Origin: Trypethelium eluteriae
Taxonomy: Eukaryota
DNA: 43,189 nucleotides
Direction of reading: 5' to 3'
Assembly: GCA_051942245.1 (NCBI GenBank)
Contig: JAVECL010000148.1
Coordinates: 1-43,189, forward strand
Within the stretch, counting starts at the first letter, position 1; every line of letters starts with the position of its first letter. The translations under genes and the position numbers were made by a program. Below the pieces are notes generated by a model. The model saw nothing but the letters and a program-made list of their open reading frames with translations, did not search any database and was not told where the DNA came from. Of this stretch, positions 11,117-23,930 are shown one piece after another.

Positions 11117-13232
11117 TCAACCTTCTCTACGCTCTCCCTCCGCTCCCTCCGTCTCAATCTCCTCATCGTCACTCTGCACGAGGTCTGCAACTTTCTCGCC
11201 TCCCGCCTTCTCCGCGCTTCCATACTTCGCCCCTTTCGTAGCCTCCCACCCCTTGCTCGTCACGTACAGAAAATAGGGCTCTCGATAGCGATCGATATGG
11301 CCCCAAAACGAATGGAACACCGCATTGCGCTGCTCCTCTCCGAATACTCGGCCGTAAATCTCCCGATCCTTGAATTCTGAAATCTCCTTTTCGTACTGCT
11401 CAAACCCAACCTTCGTCCTTTCCTTGAATTTATCTTCCACCTTTTGGTTATACGACTCGAAAACCGGCCGCTCCAGTAAGAGGCCTAGACCCGGTGCCTT
11501 CGGTATTGAAAACTTGGTATTCCAATGATAAGATTGCTGGATCAACGGGACTGCGTCTGCGCCGCAGCGAACGGCAAGCACGGCCATGCCTACCATTTTG
11601 CGGATCTGGTGCATCATGAAGGACTGGCCGTGAACCTTGAGGGAGAGCCATTCGGTTTCTTCGGCTTCCGCTTCTTCCTCCCCCTTCTCTGGTTTCGCTT
11701 GATCATATTCATTGCCCCGCAACCGCTTTAGAATGGGTTGCGGACTGACCTTGAAAGATTTGATGTGGCGTTTAGCGCTGGGGTCGCGGCCAGTCTTTTG
11801 GATAGTGTAATTGTAGAAATTGTGGGTGCCTTCGTAGGCATTGAGGGCAGTCTGGAGACGGGCAATGCGGGAAGGACTAACGCGGTAGCGGCGTTTAGCA
11901 TCTAGATAGGCATTGCGCAGGCGTTTTATTGCGCTCATAAGGGCGGGGTTGGATTTCGATTCGCTGTTGGTCTGGACTCTGATATCTGAGTCGGTGGAAT
12001 CAGTTGTGCTTATTTCTGATTTAGGGTTTTCTGCATTGGGATCTTCGCCTCTCGCATCCAAAGTCTCAGCGAATCCAGGCTCCACCATTGAATGTGGAAT
12101 GTCCCCTTTATCTGGTGCCCGAACCGTGTGCTTGTTCATAATCCCACTGGTATCGATCTGCGGTGTCTCATGTTCAGTTCTGTCTGCTGGCTCACTTGTG
12201 GGGCTGGGACTAGCAACTCTTTTTATGTCCTCATGCTCAGCATCCACGGAAAAGTGCTCATCTGATTTGTATAGTGCTTCCGTAACTTGAGGTCGAATTT
12301 CATTGTCCAACGATTCCAGAATGGGCTTGATATCGGTCTCATCTACCGATTGCCAAAAATTTGCAACATCAATTTGGCGCTCCTCATACCCCTCGCGATC
12401 GCCTACTTCATCGGCAGTTTTCTCCAACTCCCTCGCTAGGAAGCTTGACGGATGAGGTGGCAGCAAGGAATGTGTCGGTATCAAGTATTCGTACCAGCGC
12501 GAATCACAAGCCTGATAACAACTAAAGCTTCCAATTGTCCGCTCAATTCCCCAGACTCGTATCTGTGCAGGAAGGTGTGTGTTGATTTTTTTCACCACAT
12601 CCCCATCCTCGATTATAAGTTTGAGCGAGATGACATTGCCAGCCGCGTGAACGCCTTTATCTGTCCTCGCACAGCGAACGAGAGAGGATTTCTTGGGGTC
12701 GTTGGCATTAGCTTTGGATATTGCGCCAGCTTTGACAAAAGCATGGAATAAGTCGCCTTCGATAGTCTTTTCGCTCCAGTTGCTATGGCCCAATTAGCAA
12801 ACCATCTAACCATCCCAACCTAAACATGCCATACATCTGCATGCCCTTATATCCACTTCCAGCATAGCCAATCATGACTGCAACTTTATGCTTGGGTCTG
12901 CGCTCTTCTGCCGCAATTTCTTCCTCGGAAAATGGCTTTGGAAGAATAGACTCCTTTCGTTGCGATGTGTCCAGCTTTCGTCGTTTCTCCTGATCTAACT
13001 CATTTCGCTGACGTTTATCTACATCTTGGCGACTTGTTAGGTTGTCAGTTTCAGGATCCACGGCGTAGAAAAGGGATTCTTACTGATATGATTTACGGCC
13101 CAGATCTCGTCCCTTATCTCTCTTATCGCCATGCTTTCGACTGCCATTGCGGACGGTGTCATTGTACCATTTCCGCTTTTGGGATCCACTTGAGGATGCA
13201 GGAGGTTGATGGCTTTCGGACGTGTTTGCCAT
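11117..13232 (-). CDS. PUS1: tRNA pseudouridine synthase 1 (TruA family)
   Basis: KVAVMIGYAGSGYKGMQ, catalytic ARTDKGVHA, YEGTHNFYNYT and GQSFMMHQIRKMVG motifs. Exons 13232-13084, 13032-12835 and 12782-11117. Confidence 0.95.
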
Positions 13233-13846
13233 GTTGAGAATGATTTATGTCCAGCTAGAGATTGCCTCAGAACTCTGGAATTTTGTGCGGAGGAACGTAT
13301 ATTGTCACAGAATCGTTCGAGAGAGCGTAAGGCGGTCATAAAGAAGCGGTCATGACGCTCGCGTGAACCTCGAAAGTCTAAAATTCTGGTCCCGCACTGG
13401 CAAAAACCACCAACTCCAAATTAGCTTAGCTTAGCCCTATGACGGAGTTTGTGGAGTTCTCCCGCAGAGCCTCAAGAATTATGTCAGCGACACTCTCGAC
13501 TCACTTCAGCCCACGCCGGCTGTCGCGAAGCTCATTGTAAGGTATATCTTGATCACACACGAGCATCAAGAGTGTGTATCAGACAGTGGGATCTCTCCTG
13601 TACATGCTTCAGTGAGGGATTTGTCATCATGCGCGGTAGCTGTGGGCCTTGAGTCCGCCCCGGCTATTGACTTCGTTCCTATTGTTACCTATCCTCGCCT
13701 TTTCTTTGGCCGCTGCCCCTCTAACCTACCCTTCTGCAACTTCAAAACCACTCGGACCTCGCCTTTACTGGCTCCAGATCTGATACCGCTTTCGCTTTCT
13801 CCTTCAACAGTCACCTCTTTTCTACTTAGACCTCTCCGGCGGCATT

Positions 13847-15386
13847 ATGGATCTCGCCAAAACGCTCATTCGCAGCGTCGCTCGCGCATTCTATGACATC
13901 GAGCACATCCTCGTCATAGATGCCCTTATGGTACACTCGGCGTATGTTACCCGCGATGCGCTCGCATTGGGCCATTAGCTGATGTAGCTTACTAACAATG
14001 GATGTTTCTAGCCTCAACGGTAATGACCTGGCCTCCTGCCTCAATATGCAAGAAAAGCCAATGCGCAAATATGCTGGTAAATTGCGCGCCGATGGCCTTC
14101 TGCATGTACAGACGCAGCAGGTGAAGAACGAGACAAACCGTGTTTCAAGCCGCGACGTTTTTTACATCAATTTCCACCTCGCCATCGACGCGATCAAGTA
14201 TCGCTTGTATCGTATGACCAAACACATAGAGTCACTTTCTGCCCCGGGCAGTACTGAACGAAAAGAGCTGGTATGCGGAAGATGCGGAAATGATTGGACT
14301 GTGATGGAAGTCATCGACAATCTGGACATGAACGGAAATTATTGTTGTCATAGGTGCCAAAGTATCTTGCAATTTCGAGCTAACGACGAGGCCGAAACCG
14401 GTGGACCAGCGGTCGCTGAAAACGCAACAATTCAGCGGCTCAATCAGCAGCTCTCTCCGCTCTTGAGTTTGATGCAACGGTTGGACTCTTCGACTGTTCC
14501 TGAGAACGACTGGGAAACCGCTTTTTCGAACGCGCGCCCTATTCAGCGCGCTAAAGAAGAACAAGGTGTCAAAAATGAGACTCTGGTGGATTCACAACTG
14601 CGCGTCGTCCCTCAGAAAGTTAAAGGTCTGGAAACCCAGGAACGCGTAGAAGTTAGCCTCGTGGGCGCCACTAGCGCAGAAGAGGAAGAACGCCGCCGGC
14701 AAGAAGAGCGCGAGCGCAAGGAGAAACTACGAGCCCAGAATCAACTACCCAGTTGGCACACACATTCCACTATCACCGGCCTCAAGACCACGGATCAGGC
14801 AGATTCAAATACAATTGACCTTACTTCCTCGAACGGCATCAAATCCGAAAATACAGAGGACGATAAGAAAACTACCAAAGACGCCATCGCTGCCGCCTCC
14901 GCGAACGACACTGCCGACCTCAAAGACTACTTCGACAACTTGCAAAAGCAAATGCAGGAGGAAGCCGCCAACGACGGGCGCTCGCCGTCCTCTCCATCAA
15001 ACGCGGATGCCTCAGACGACGAAGAAGACGAGGACGAGTTCGAGGATGTTGCGTTTACGGCGCCGGCACCCACCCCCAAGGTGGCTGGAGCCACCGAGGA
15101 GAAGAAGCCATTGCCGAACGGTGTGCATGCGGTGAAGGCAGAGCATGCACAGATGGTTTCGGAGGGGCCAAGCTCAGAGGATAGTTCGGCGGGGCCTTCG
15201 GGGCAGAATTCAGATGACGAGGCGGACAGGGTCGCCAAGAGGGCGAAGATTGATGGTGGGGCAGCGTCCACTGCAGTGACAGGAAAAGAGGCAGGCGTCG
15301 GGCAGGCCGGTCAGGTTGAGGCTCCGGTGGATGTGGAAGCTGTGGAAAGTGATGAGGATGAAGATGATTTTGTGGACGCTTTATGA
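13847..15386 (+). CDS. TFA1: Transcription initiation factor TFIIE subunit alpha
   Basis: Exon 1 MDLAKTLIRSVARAFYDIEHILVIDAL, intron 13942-14011, then YINFHLAIDAIKYR, zinc ribbon CGRC...CHRC, NQLPSWHTHST and an acidic EDEDDFVD tail. Confidence 0.93.
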
Positions 15387-15865
15387 GCCTACAACTGTGT
15401 ATCACGCTTGTTAGCCCTTTTCTTCTTGGAGGGCGTTTGAATCGAGGGATCACATCGGATGGCGTTGAGCTGTACTTGACGGGGCGGCGGCGATCATCAA
15501 GTCAAAAAGATATTTTTTTTCTTTATCTTTGCGGCAGTCCACGGAATGAAGTTGGTATCATCACGGCTGGAGCATGCCTGAGCTATCTCCATACTTCATT
15601 CCGATGTGTATTATCACTCAGGCGGCCTAACGGGGCAAGCCTGGCGTCACATAGAAAGATAGCATTAAATGTGTCAAGCTGAATGGCAAACATTCCGTTG
15701 CTAAATGCATAAACCTGTGCTTTTCGAAAAATGCTGACATGCAAAATCTATGATTCGGGTTCCTTAGGGACAATTGATGCGCCGCTAAATGCTTTTCTAC
15801 CATGCCAAGCCTCCCAAAAACGCCAGATTTATGCGAGGATTTCATGGATATCAGGACACATTGGA

Positions 15866-17565
15866 TCACCCAAGGAACTCTTTCACAGGACCGCCCACAC
15901 CATCCAGATCAAGCAAGAACGTATCGTGCCCAAATAGACTCCTCTCCATGCCTAATTCTTCATGCTCTACCACCCGACTCCCAGCAGCAACAAGGGTGTT
16001 CGCGATTTCGCGCTGCTGCCATGCAGGAAACAGCCCGTCCGACGCCACACCTAGAACAAGGGTTGGAATTTGCTTCTGCGCAAGAGGTCGTAGTCCCTGC
16101 ACAAGATCCGGGTCGGTAGCTCCAGTGGGCGCAGTGGCAGGGTTCGAAACCGGGACCGACATGTCTTGCGTCGCCGCGTCGGTTTCCTCATACGGCTTTG
16201 AGGGAAGCATCAAATTACAGAGGTCATCTACGGTCTGCCCACTTCCACCTGCCTCTCTGGGTTTTTCTAACTTCCCCTTATTCTCCTCCCTCAGCGTTGC
16301 CATGCGCCGCTGGTGCGCCGCGCCAAGATCGAAGAGATCCATCGCCTTGGAGACGTACAGTAGCGAGTTGGCGTCATATTCGAGACACCACTTTTCGCCG
16401 GCGTGGTCGAGATATGTTTCAATGAGAAAGTCGGGACAGAGGGCAGGCGGCCGTGACGGATCGGCGCGTCGGCGTCCAAAGCGCTGCTCCCACTCTGGGC
16501 CGGAACGGTATGTGATAGTGGCGATTTGGCGGGCGAGCTTCATTCCAGAGTGCGGAGGAATGGAGGAGTAGTAGAAACCGCGGGACCAGTTGGGGTCAGT
16601 CATGAGGACTTCGATAGAAGCATTAGCTGCGAATGCTTTGTGGGATGAAAACAACTCGGATATAATGACACTGAATGGTTTGGAACGTGAGAGAAATGGT
16701 GCTCACCTTGTCTTTGCGTGTGCCGCATTGCGATACTAAATGGATGGCTTCTTGCGCAACCGGAGATACTGATTACTTTCTCTACTCTCTCTGGTTCAAG
16801 GACGCCCGCAGCGAGACTCTGCATGCCACCCATACTACTCCCGACACTCGCGTACAGCCTCCCAATGCCTAGGGAATCAAGCAACCGGAACTGTGCCCGT
16901 ACCATGTCTTCCATTGTAAGAATTGGGAAGCGCGTTGCATAGCGCTCGCCGTTTGCAGGATCAACAGATGAAGGACCTGTACTACCGTAGCAGCCGCCAA
17001 TGACGTTTGTACAAACAACGAAGTATTTATTCGTGTCGAGAGGACGACCCGGTCCTATGAACTTCTCCCACCATCCTGGCTTGGGATTTGTCTCTGTGCT
17101 ACAGGCATGGCTAGATGCTGAAAGGCCTGTATGTAGGAGAACTGCATTGGAACGAGTCTCATTCAACTGGCCCCATGTTTCATAGGCAACCTCAAACTCT
17201 GGCAAAACCCCACCCCAATCTAGGAGGAGTGGCGCATGTGAATGAAAGGTGAGATGTTTGCCGGTGGTGTAGGATGGCTCAGGACCGCTCAGGGAACGTT
17301 GAGAGAGAGACGCAGAACGAGATTCGACGGCATCAAGACATGGGAAGGATAATGCGGGATTTGAAGAGTCTGGTGATGGTGGAGATGTGGAAGAAGTGTA
17401 TTCCTCCGTATGGACATTGGCTGTTGCTGCTTGAGCTCTCACGAAACCCTGCCTATGTAGAGCTCTTTTGTGACATTTCTGGACCGGCAGTGCGCTTCTC
17501 TCTGAGCCAAGTCGGACACGCGAAAGCGTTCGGGAGAGGGTAAGGAGCCTTGAGGTGCTGTTCAT
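15866..17565 (-). CDS. CYS2: Serine O-succinyl/acetyltransferase (MetX/homoserine acetyltransferase family, Cys2/CysA type), likely mitochondrial
   Basis: [29 protein letters not shown], nucleophile GSSMGG and FGHDTFLL motifs. Arg/Ser-rich presequence-like N-terminus. Intron 16706-16609 restores [14 protein letters not shown]. Confidence 0.88.
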
Positions 17566-17673
17566 GACCCGCACTTCCTGGGACGGGATGGTTCAGAGGT
17601 TACTCTATTGGGTGGGGTGGGGTTTATATTGCGGGTGATTAATTGGACGGAAAATCGACAATGGCTCGGGACA

Positions 17674-17690
17674 GACGTCAGTCCACGTGA
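17674..17690. promoter_or_regulatory. Adjacent CRE-like (GACGTCA) and E-box (CACGTGA) motifs upstream of the CYS2-like gene
   Basis: Sequence GACGTCAGTCCACGTGA lies ~110-125 nt upstream of ATG 17565. Confidence 0.4.
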
Positions 17691-18045
17691 CAGCGCGCTG
17701 AATGCAGGTGGAAGGATTCTATTGGATGATCCTTGTTTGATCTTTATTTTGACCTCTGTACGGTACGCAGGTATTAATTGGGGGGTCCCTCAACCAAATA
17801 TTCAGGAAAACCTATACGAGACTGCGAGGTCTTATACACCCTTTTCCCGGAATCCGTACGGCTCTTCATACTCACTAGCAGAGCCGCTCAGGCGTTTCGA
17901 AATTCCCATTTCTGCCCTGCCCAAGTCAGGAGGCCCCCAACCGGATCTTGATATCTGTTACCTTCAAAGGAACTTAAACTCTCTGGTAAAGTTCATGATT
18001 CCTTGAGCTTCTTACTAGTAGTCACATCATACAATGTGTCACCCA

Positions 18046-21000
18046 TCATATATTACGGGGACCACTCAAAGCCCGCTCCTCCACCCACACCTTTACCCCT
18101 GTGCCATCCTCTCCCTCCGCTTCGAATAAGCCTTCTTCCTGCTCCACCGTCGCCAAAAAGTCGTCAACCTGCCTCCTCAAGCTGATAAGTCTCTGCACTT
18201 CGTCAATCTTTTGGGACTCCGGGTTCACTGATAAATCGATTAGCTTGCTGGCAGCCTCCTGGTTGGCTTGGCCCCGGATCGTGAATAGTTCAGGGATGAC
18301 CTTTGTATTGTCTTCGTCTTCCGCAGGCTCCTCGCCGGTCTCATATTTCACCTCATAAACGACTCTCTTCAGCCAGCCGATCCTGGATATCGGAGGTATC
18401 CCGTCTTTTCCAGTTCTTAGTATCCGGGAGACCCTTACTCTCACGTTGTATCCATTGGCGACGAGCAAGTAAACCTTGAGGCCCGCCCCGTCTTTGCTCA
18501 TGCTCCACTCATCGGCATCAGGGAACATTGGTTGCGGTGCGCCACGCTGCTGTAAAATTTCCTTTCCGGCAGCACGATCGGCGTGGTGAGATGATGTATA
18601 AATATCCCCATATTGAACCCAGTCCATGTCCTCTTCATCCTGACTGCTATCCCACTCCTTTCGCTGAACTGAATAGGTCCAATAGGTGTAATCCGCCGTT
18701 CTGACTGGCGATTCGTTACGAAGGGCTGTGAGCTTCGGTGGTTCCGCTTCTGCTCTACTGGGTTCATTATTATCGTTATCCTTCTGGCGTTCTTGATACA
18801 GCCGCTCCACCAGTTCAAGATCCTTCCCGCCACAGACATTTGACAGCCGAGGGATACTTGGCCGTTGAAGCACACCCAGCGGACACTGAAGCATATTCTG
18901 CTTGACATCGTTAATGCTCTTGTCGGCATCATACTCGCTAATCTGTGTCACTCCCTCGAACCGGACGCTTTTGCTCGGCTTGTACCGCTGGTCAAGGAGA
19001 GACCTGTGCTGGCCAAGAAAGCGATCCCCAGGGACATCTATCTTTCCTCTCAAAAAATTACCTGGGTGCTCTCTAATAGCTTCACGTGGCCTTGAATTGC
19101 AGTCTTTATGGAGCGAGGTCTCCAGCCTGCAGACGCTGGCCATGTCAACCGATTTCTTCGAATTCTCCTCCAATGCTGTTTCTGCCCTTTTCCACTGGGA
19201 GTGTCTCTCCGTCCTCTGTGAAGGTCGAGCCTCTGCAAATGCTTGAGAGTCATGCTCCGGGGCAACAGTGCTGATGCCGAACTGCCAAGCTTGTTCTGCA
19301 ACGTTGGTTGTGTCGGGTACGGTCCTCCCCCGCGATAGCTGTCCGATTCCCTCAGGGTGCCCTCCAGTCTCCCTCTCATTTCTGGCCGATCTAGATATCT
19401 CCTTCTGAACTCTCGATTCTTGCCCTCTCTGCTTGTTTTGTCGCTCCCGCTTCCAATGTTCCTGCTGTCGCCTTGACTCTTCACTCCTTACTGCCTCTCT
19501 TTTCAGCTTGTCCTGCCATTGGGCTCTGCTTTCATCGCTGATACCCATTTTCAGTTGTTCTCCCTCTTTCCGCTTTCCCGTTGAATCTCTCTTCGCTTTT
19601 CCTACTCTTTCCTTAGCCGTCACTGTCTGTTGCACTTGAATTAATTCACGTTCTTTACCTTCATCCTGCCCGACAAACAGCGGGTTCTCCGTGCGTTCGA
19701 TCGTCTCTGTTCGACGATTTACAGGAGTGAAGCACTCTTCCGGTATGATGCCACTGGCTATTTGCCATCCAGTCGCGGAAATTCCATTTGCTTCAGATCG
19801 GGTAGCGGACGCGTTCATAGTTTGACTTGCTGGAATGGCACTGAGATTAGTCTTATCGATTTTCTTAGCACTGAAGAGATCGCGGTTGCTAGTCTTGCAA
19901 CCAGGGAAATGTGGGTAGTAGGAAATAATGCCCAGCCCATCTGCACGGCCAGGCGTTTCTGTTATTGGCTCGGACTCTCCAGGGTCAGGATCGATTATCA
20001 CAGCATCTTGTCTTGGCAAGCTTATTGATCCATACCCTTGTGGTCTTTCCCCAGCGACTGGAATACCCTTCTCAGCTTCCCTATCACTGAGTTTCCGCCG
20101 TTCATTCAGCGTCTGTGCAAGCTTGTTTTGGCCCAGTTCCTTTGTGCGACTTTGCGAATTCCCACCAGGTCGACATTCCCCCTTCACTCTGAGCCCAAGC
20201 TGGTTGGGAGTTCCATGATCATCACCATCACTATCATCATCACTATGCCACAGAGGGCCACTCCGGACTCGCCTTGATGCTTCCTGTCTCACGTCTGTCA
20301 AGGTCCCATCGCTACTCGATGGCTTCACCCGCCTGGGAGACCCCTCGATGGCGTCGGTACTGTTTTCATTTGTGCGCTTCATTGTTAACTTTTCTTCGGG
20401 CTCAGCAAGCTTGGCGCAGTCTCCGGAGCGGGATACCAGCATATATGATGGAGTGGAACTAGAGGACGGATTCGCTACAAGTCTAGAAGAGGTCTGAGGG
20501 CGGCTAGTCAAGGAATGGGATGAGCCCTTGCTGAGGATAAGTTCTGAAGCACAAAAATTGTCAGAGTTGAGGGGACAGCCCGCGCAGGTACGACGCGTAT
20601 ACGGGCCGTCTGGAGTGCTTCTCACACCTGAAACAACGAGAGATTTTGCACTTTATTGGTAAGGTTGTTAGGATCCGAGATGGGGCTGGACACCCAGACG
20701 CAAGTAAGTTGACATCCTTATTGTCATCTGTGTTCCCAACACTAATGGTTCTCGCACTCGATCCCTTCGCTTGTTGGACGGATGATGCTTTTGTACTGCC
20801 TGACAATTTTCTAATTCGGTCGCTTGCCTTTTGAGGTTCAAGGATACGATCTCGTAGCGTACTAGAATCTGGTAGTTTAGCTCCCGGCCTTTTTATTTTC
20901 GATGCCTGGAGCGAGTTTCGGAAGGCTAGATAGTCTTGCCTCTTCTCCTCGCGAATTGCCGGCAGGATCGCCTTAGCGGCAGCAGCTGCTCTGATACGGG

Positions 21001-21091
21001 ATATCTCGAGCTGTCGACCTTTGTCAGCGATTGTAAGAAGTAGCCACTTATCGTCATATTCATTTGCCCGGGTACTCATAGGTGGTGCCAT
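18046..21091 (-). CDS. Large uncharacterised protein: disordered/charged middle, structured-looking C-terminal domain ending GPRNI
   Basis: An 859-codon open frame (18046-20625) and an upstream ATG ORF (MAPPMSTRANEYDDKW, ATG 21091) overlap out of frame. A CCTAAC branch and AG near 20650-20670 suggest a joining intron, but the donor is uncertain. Confidence 0.75.
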
Positions 21092-21747
21092 CGCTTCGGA
21101 CTCTCGCTTCGAAGATCGAATCGAATGTAGAGCGCTCAGGTAACTCACAGCAAAGGCCAAATACGAAGATATCGTCACGCTGTTTTCTGATCGATGTCAT
21201 TAGAGGGGAGGAATGAGAGGATCCGAGTATCAGTGGGCCACGAAACAGGTTCTGGATCAAGGAGACGAAGCAGGTATCCTTACGAGAGCAAGGAAGTGAG
21301 ATATAAGATGTCGTAATCACTAGATGCAGCTTAGTGTAGATACCTCAACGAGATTGCGTTAGTGAGTTGGTGTCTGAAGTGTAGGTTGAGGTTATCAGGC
21401 GGCGAGGGGTAGGTAGAAAAAGCGAGAAAGGAGAGCGAGTGATACAAATTTGATTTCTTCTCAACGCTCTACTCCTATTCCGCGAATTTCATTCACTAGT
21501 TCCATTTGGTTCTTTACACTATCTTTGCTTATTTCTTTCGATTAATCTATCAACTTCTCAACCTGATATAGTATTCGTCGTCCGACCACTTACTGACTGA
21601 AGGCTCATCGACCGAACCGGTAATCGCCACCTTACCTGCGTTCGCTCCGAACATTCATCCATGATATCCTTCCTACCGGTGTTACTCTGCTGAGGTCCAC
21701 TTCTCTCAATCCTATTCCCTTTCCCTGTCGTCCCACAGTTTGCCTGA

Positions 21748-23193
21748 TCAACAATTCATTGTGACTTCCTGGACGGTGTCGCCTGGCCCCGGATCTTCTT
21801 GGCGCACCTCCTCCATCCTCATCCCATCAGTCTCTTCATTCCCTTCTATCCCTACATTCAGCTTCTTTTCTCCCTCCAGGGCCCCCTGCCCCGCTTCCTC
21901 CTCTGCCCCCACAGCTCCGACTGCCTCCTGCTTGCTCTCTCTAGTGGCTCTCTCCGCATCCCACTTACGATGTTTCTCGGCGCGTAAAAGCCTCCGCTGC
22001 TCTCTCCACTGTCGATCCTCCTCCTCGTCTTCCTCGTCATCTTCGAGCATCTTTCCCGCTTCTCTCCTCTGCTTTCGAAGTTCCCGGTCATAATTTCGGT
22101 TCCACAGGTCGAGCTTGAACATGAGGTCACCTGAATCGTCATCAAAGTAAGGATATCCGTTCTCATCAAGTATCTCAGCGGCGGGGCCATTGAAGTCGGT
22201 GTATATCTCATCGTATTTGGCTTTAAGAGCGCGGGACCGGAGTGTTGTTTGATGCTACGCGGTTAGAGAGTTGGTCAGCTTTGACAGATTGATAGCACAA
22301 GGAATCCTGAATGCGAGCTGGATCTCGAGAGGAAGTTGGCTGGACATACCCAGGAAGGGACAGTTGGGATTTAAGAGGAACTGTGGACTTACATGACGGA
22401 TAGCAACTCCAAAATCTCCGACGTCTTGCTTCTGATGCAGCATGATACTCAAAGTGCGGTAATCGAGCTCGGATTCGAGCTTTGTCCAGTCTTCATCATC
22501 ACTATTGCTAATGCCCTGCATTTTTCCGCCTTCAAAAGATTTGTAGAACCATGGGCCATCCTTGAGGGTATAGCCTTCTGTGTAGTCCTGCCTTTCAGAT
22601 TCGTAGATTACAGTTGCCGATGTGAGCATTTTCTGGAATTCCTTCCAGTCCGTGTCGTAAGTGCAGTACCGCTCCTTTAGCTCCCAAGGTGTTCCATCTT
22701 CCTGCAGTTCAGCTATGATGGCGACGAAGAATTCAGATCTTCCCTCCCAGATTGGAGGTGGGAGCGGATGCTGCAGCTCATGAAAAATTTTGACCTTTCT
22801 CATGAACTCAATTTCTTTCGTCTCTTTGGGAGGCAATCCAGCGTTAGAGAGCCAGCGATGGAGAGCTGCAATTTGTGGCCCGGCATTGACTCCGGCCAGC
22901 TTACGATCGAGGGCTTCCTCAACTTCGTTCTTGAGAGATGCGTCCTGGTCTATGGAATCCATCCAGATTGAGGGATCGACAGAGTCGAGCTCGGCTTGCA
23001 TGTCCTCCATGGCATCTTCTAGACTCATAGGTTCTTCATTTGGAAGGGACCAGACATCTATCTGGCGCGCTAGCTCAGCTATGGCATTCTCACCACGAAG
23101 AGCTCCCGCAGAGATGATTTCGCCGTCGGTCTTCAAGTCGTACTCAATAGCAGAAATGACATCGTCCACCGTGGTCAAAAGATTTCGAGCCAT
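21748..23193 (-). CDS. Acidic hypothetical protein, two exons
   Basis: ATG 23193. Intron GTAAGT(22392)...CTAAC...TAG(22255) joins the 322-aa ORF in frame (HQTTLRSRALKAKY...) to the 21748-22122 ORF. Confidence 0.75.
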
Positions 23194-23930
23194 GGCTTTG
23201 ATTTCCGTCGCGACTGCCAGCACTTCACTGAAGCGTCGGAAATATCAATGACGGGATCAGTGTAGTGCGCAGTGGAAGGGGCAAGAGTAAATGAAAACTG
23301 GGTCTTTGTGTTCCATACGCCAAGAAAGAGCCATCGACAAGCAGAGTAAAGGACAAACAGAAAATTCACTTGTGAGGGCAAGAATCAATCAGTCACCACT
23401 TCATGCGCGCTAGTCATCTTCGTGCGTTCAGATTGCCACATAACATCAAAAGATTGTGATTATCACTACTGCTAGGGTCCCTAGTCACCACCAACGCGTC
23501 TCGATCTGACGTTCTGTTATTTCATAACACGAGTTACCTGCTTCGATGATGCTGCTGATATTCTCCATCTGTCCTTTCCGATGAATGGTCTTCACCACTA
23601 CGCCAGAATACCATTACTATGGTAGCTGTGGGGGACGTAGGGGTAGATATTTGCAGACAAACTAGTTCTCGGACCCTTATGTACATTTATGGCTGTTTGA
23701 TGAGTACCATTTTGGTGAGGAATTAGTGTTTAAATGACTTGTCATAGCTCCCGTGTCTCCCGTGTCTTTTCAAAGTTTCACAATAGATCGCTTCTTCGTA
23801 CGATCTCGATTTTGTGGAGCAAATTCAGAAGTGCATTAGAGTCGCCAGGGTTAGAGGCACAAGGGAAATTGGCGTTCAGCAAGTGACTTGCGCCATCATC
23901 CAAGTGAGGGGAAAACTTGCAGAGCTCAAC

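Noticed and set aside
15789..16571. 260-aa plus-strand ORF and similar antisense ORFs over PUS1, TFA1 and TRM732
   Set aside because: Antisense shadows of well-supported genes.
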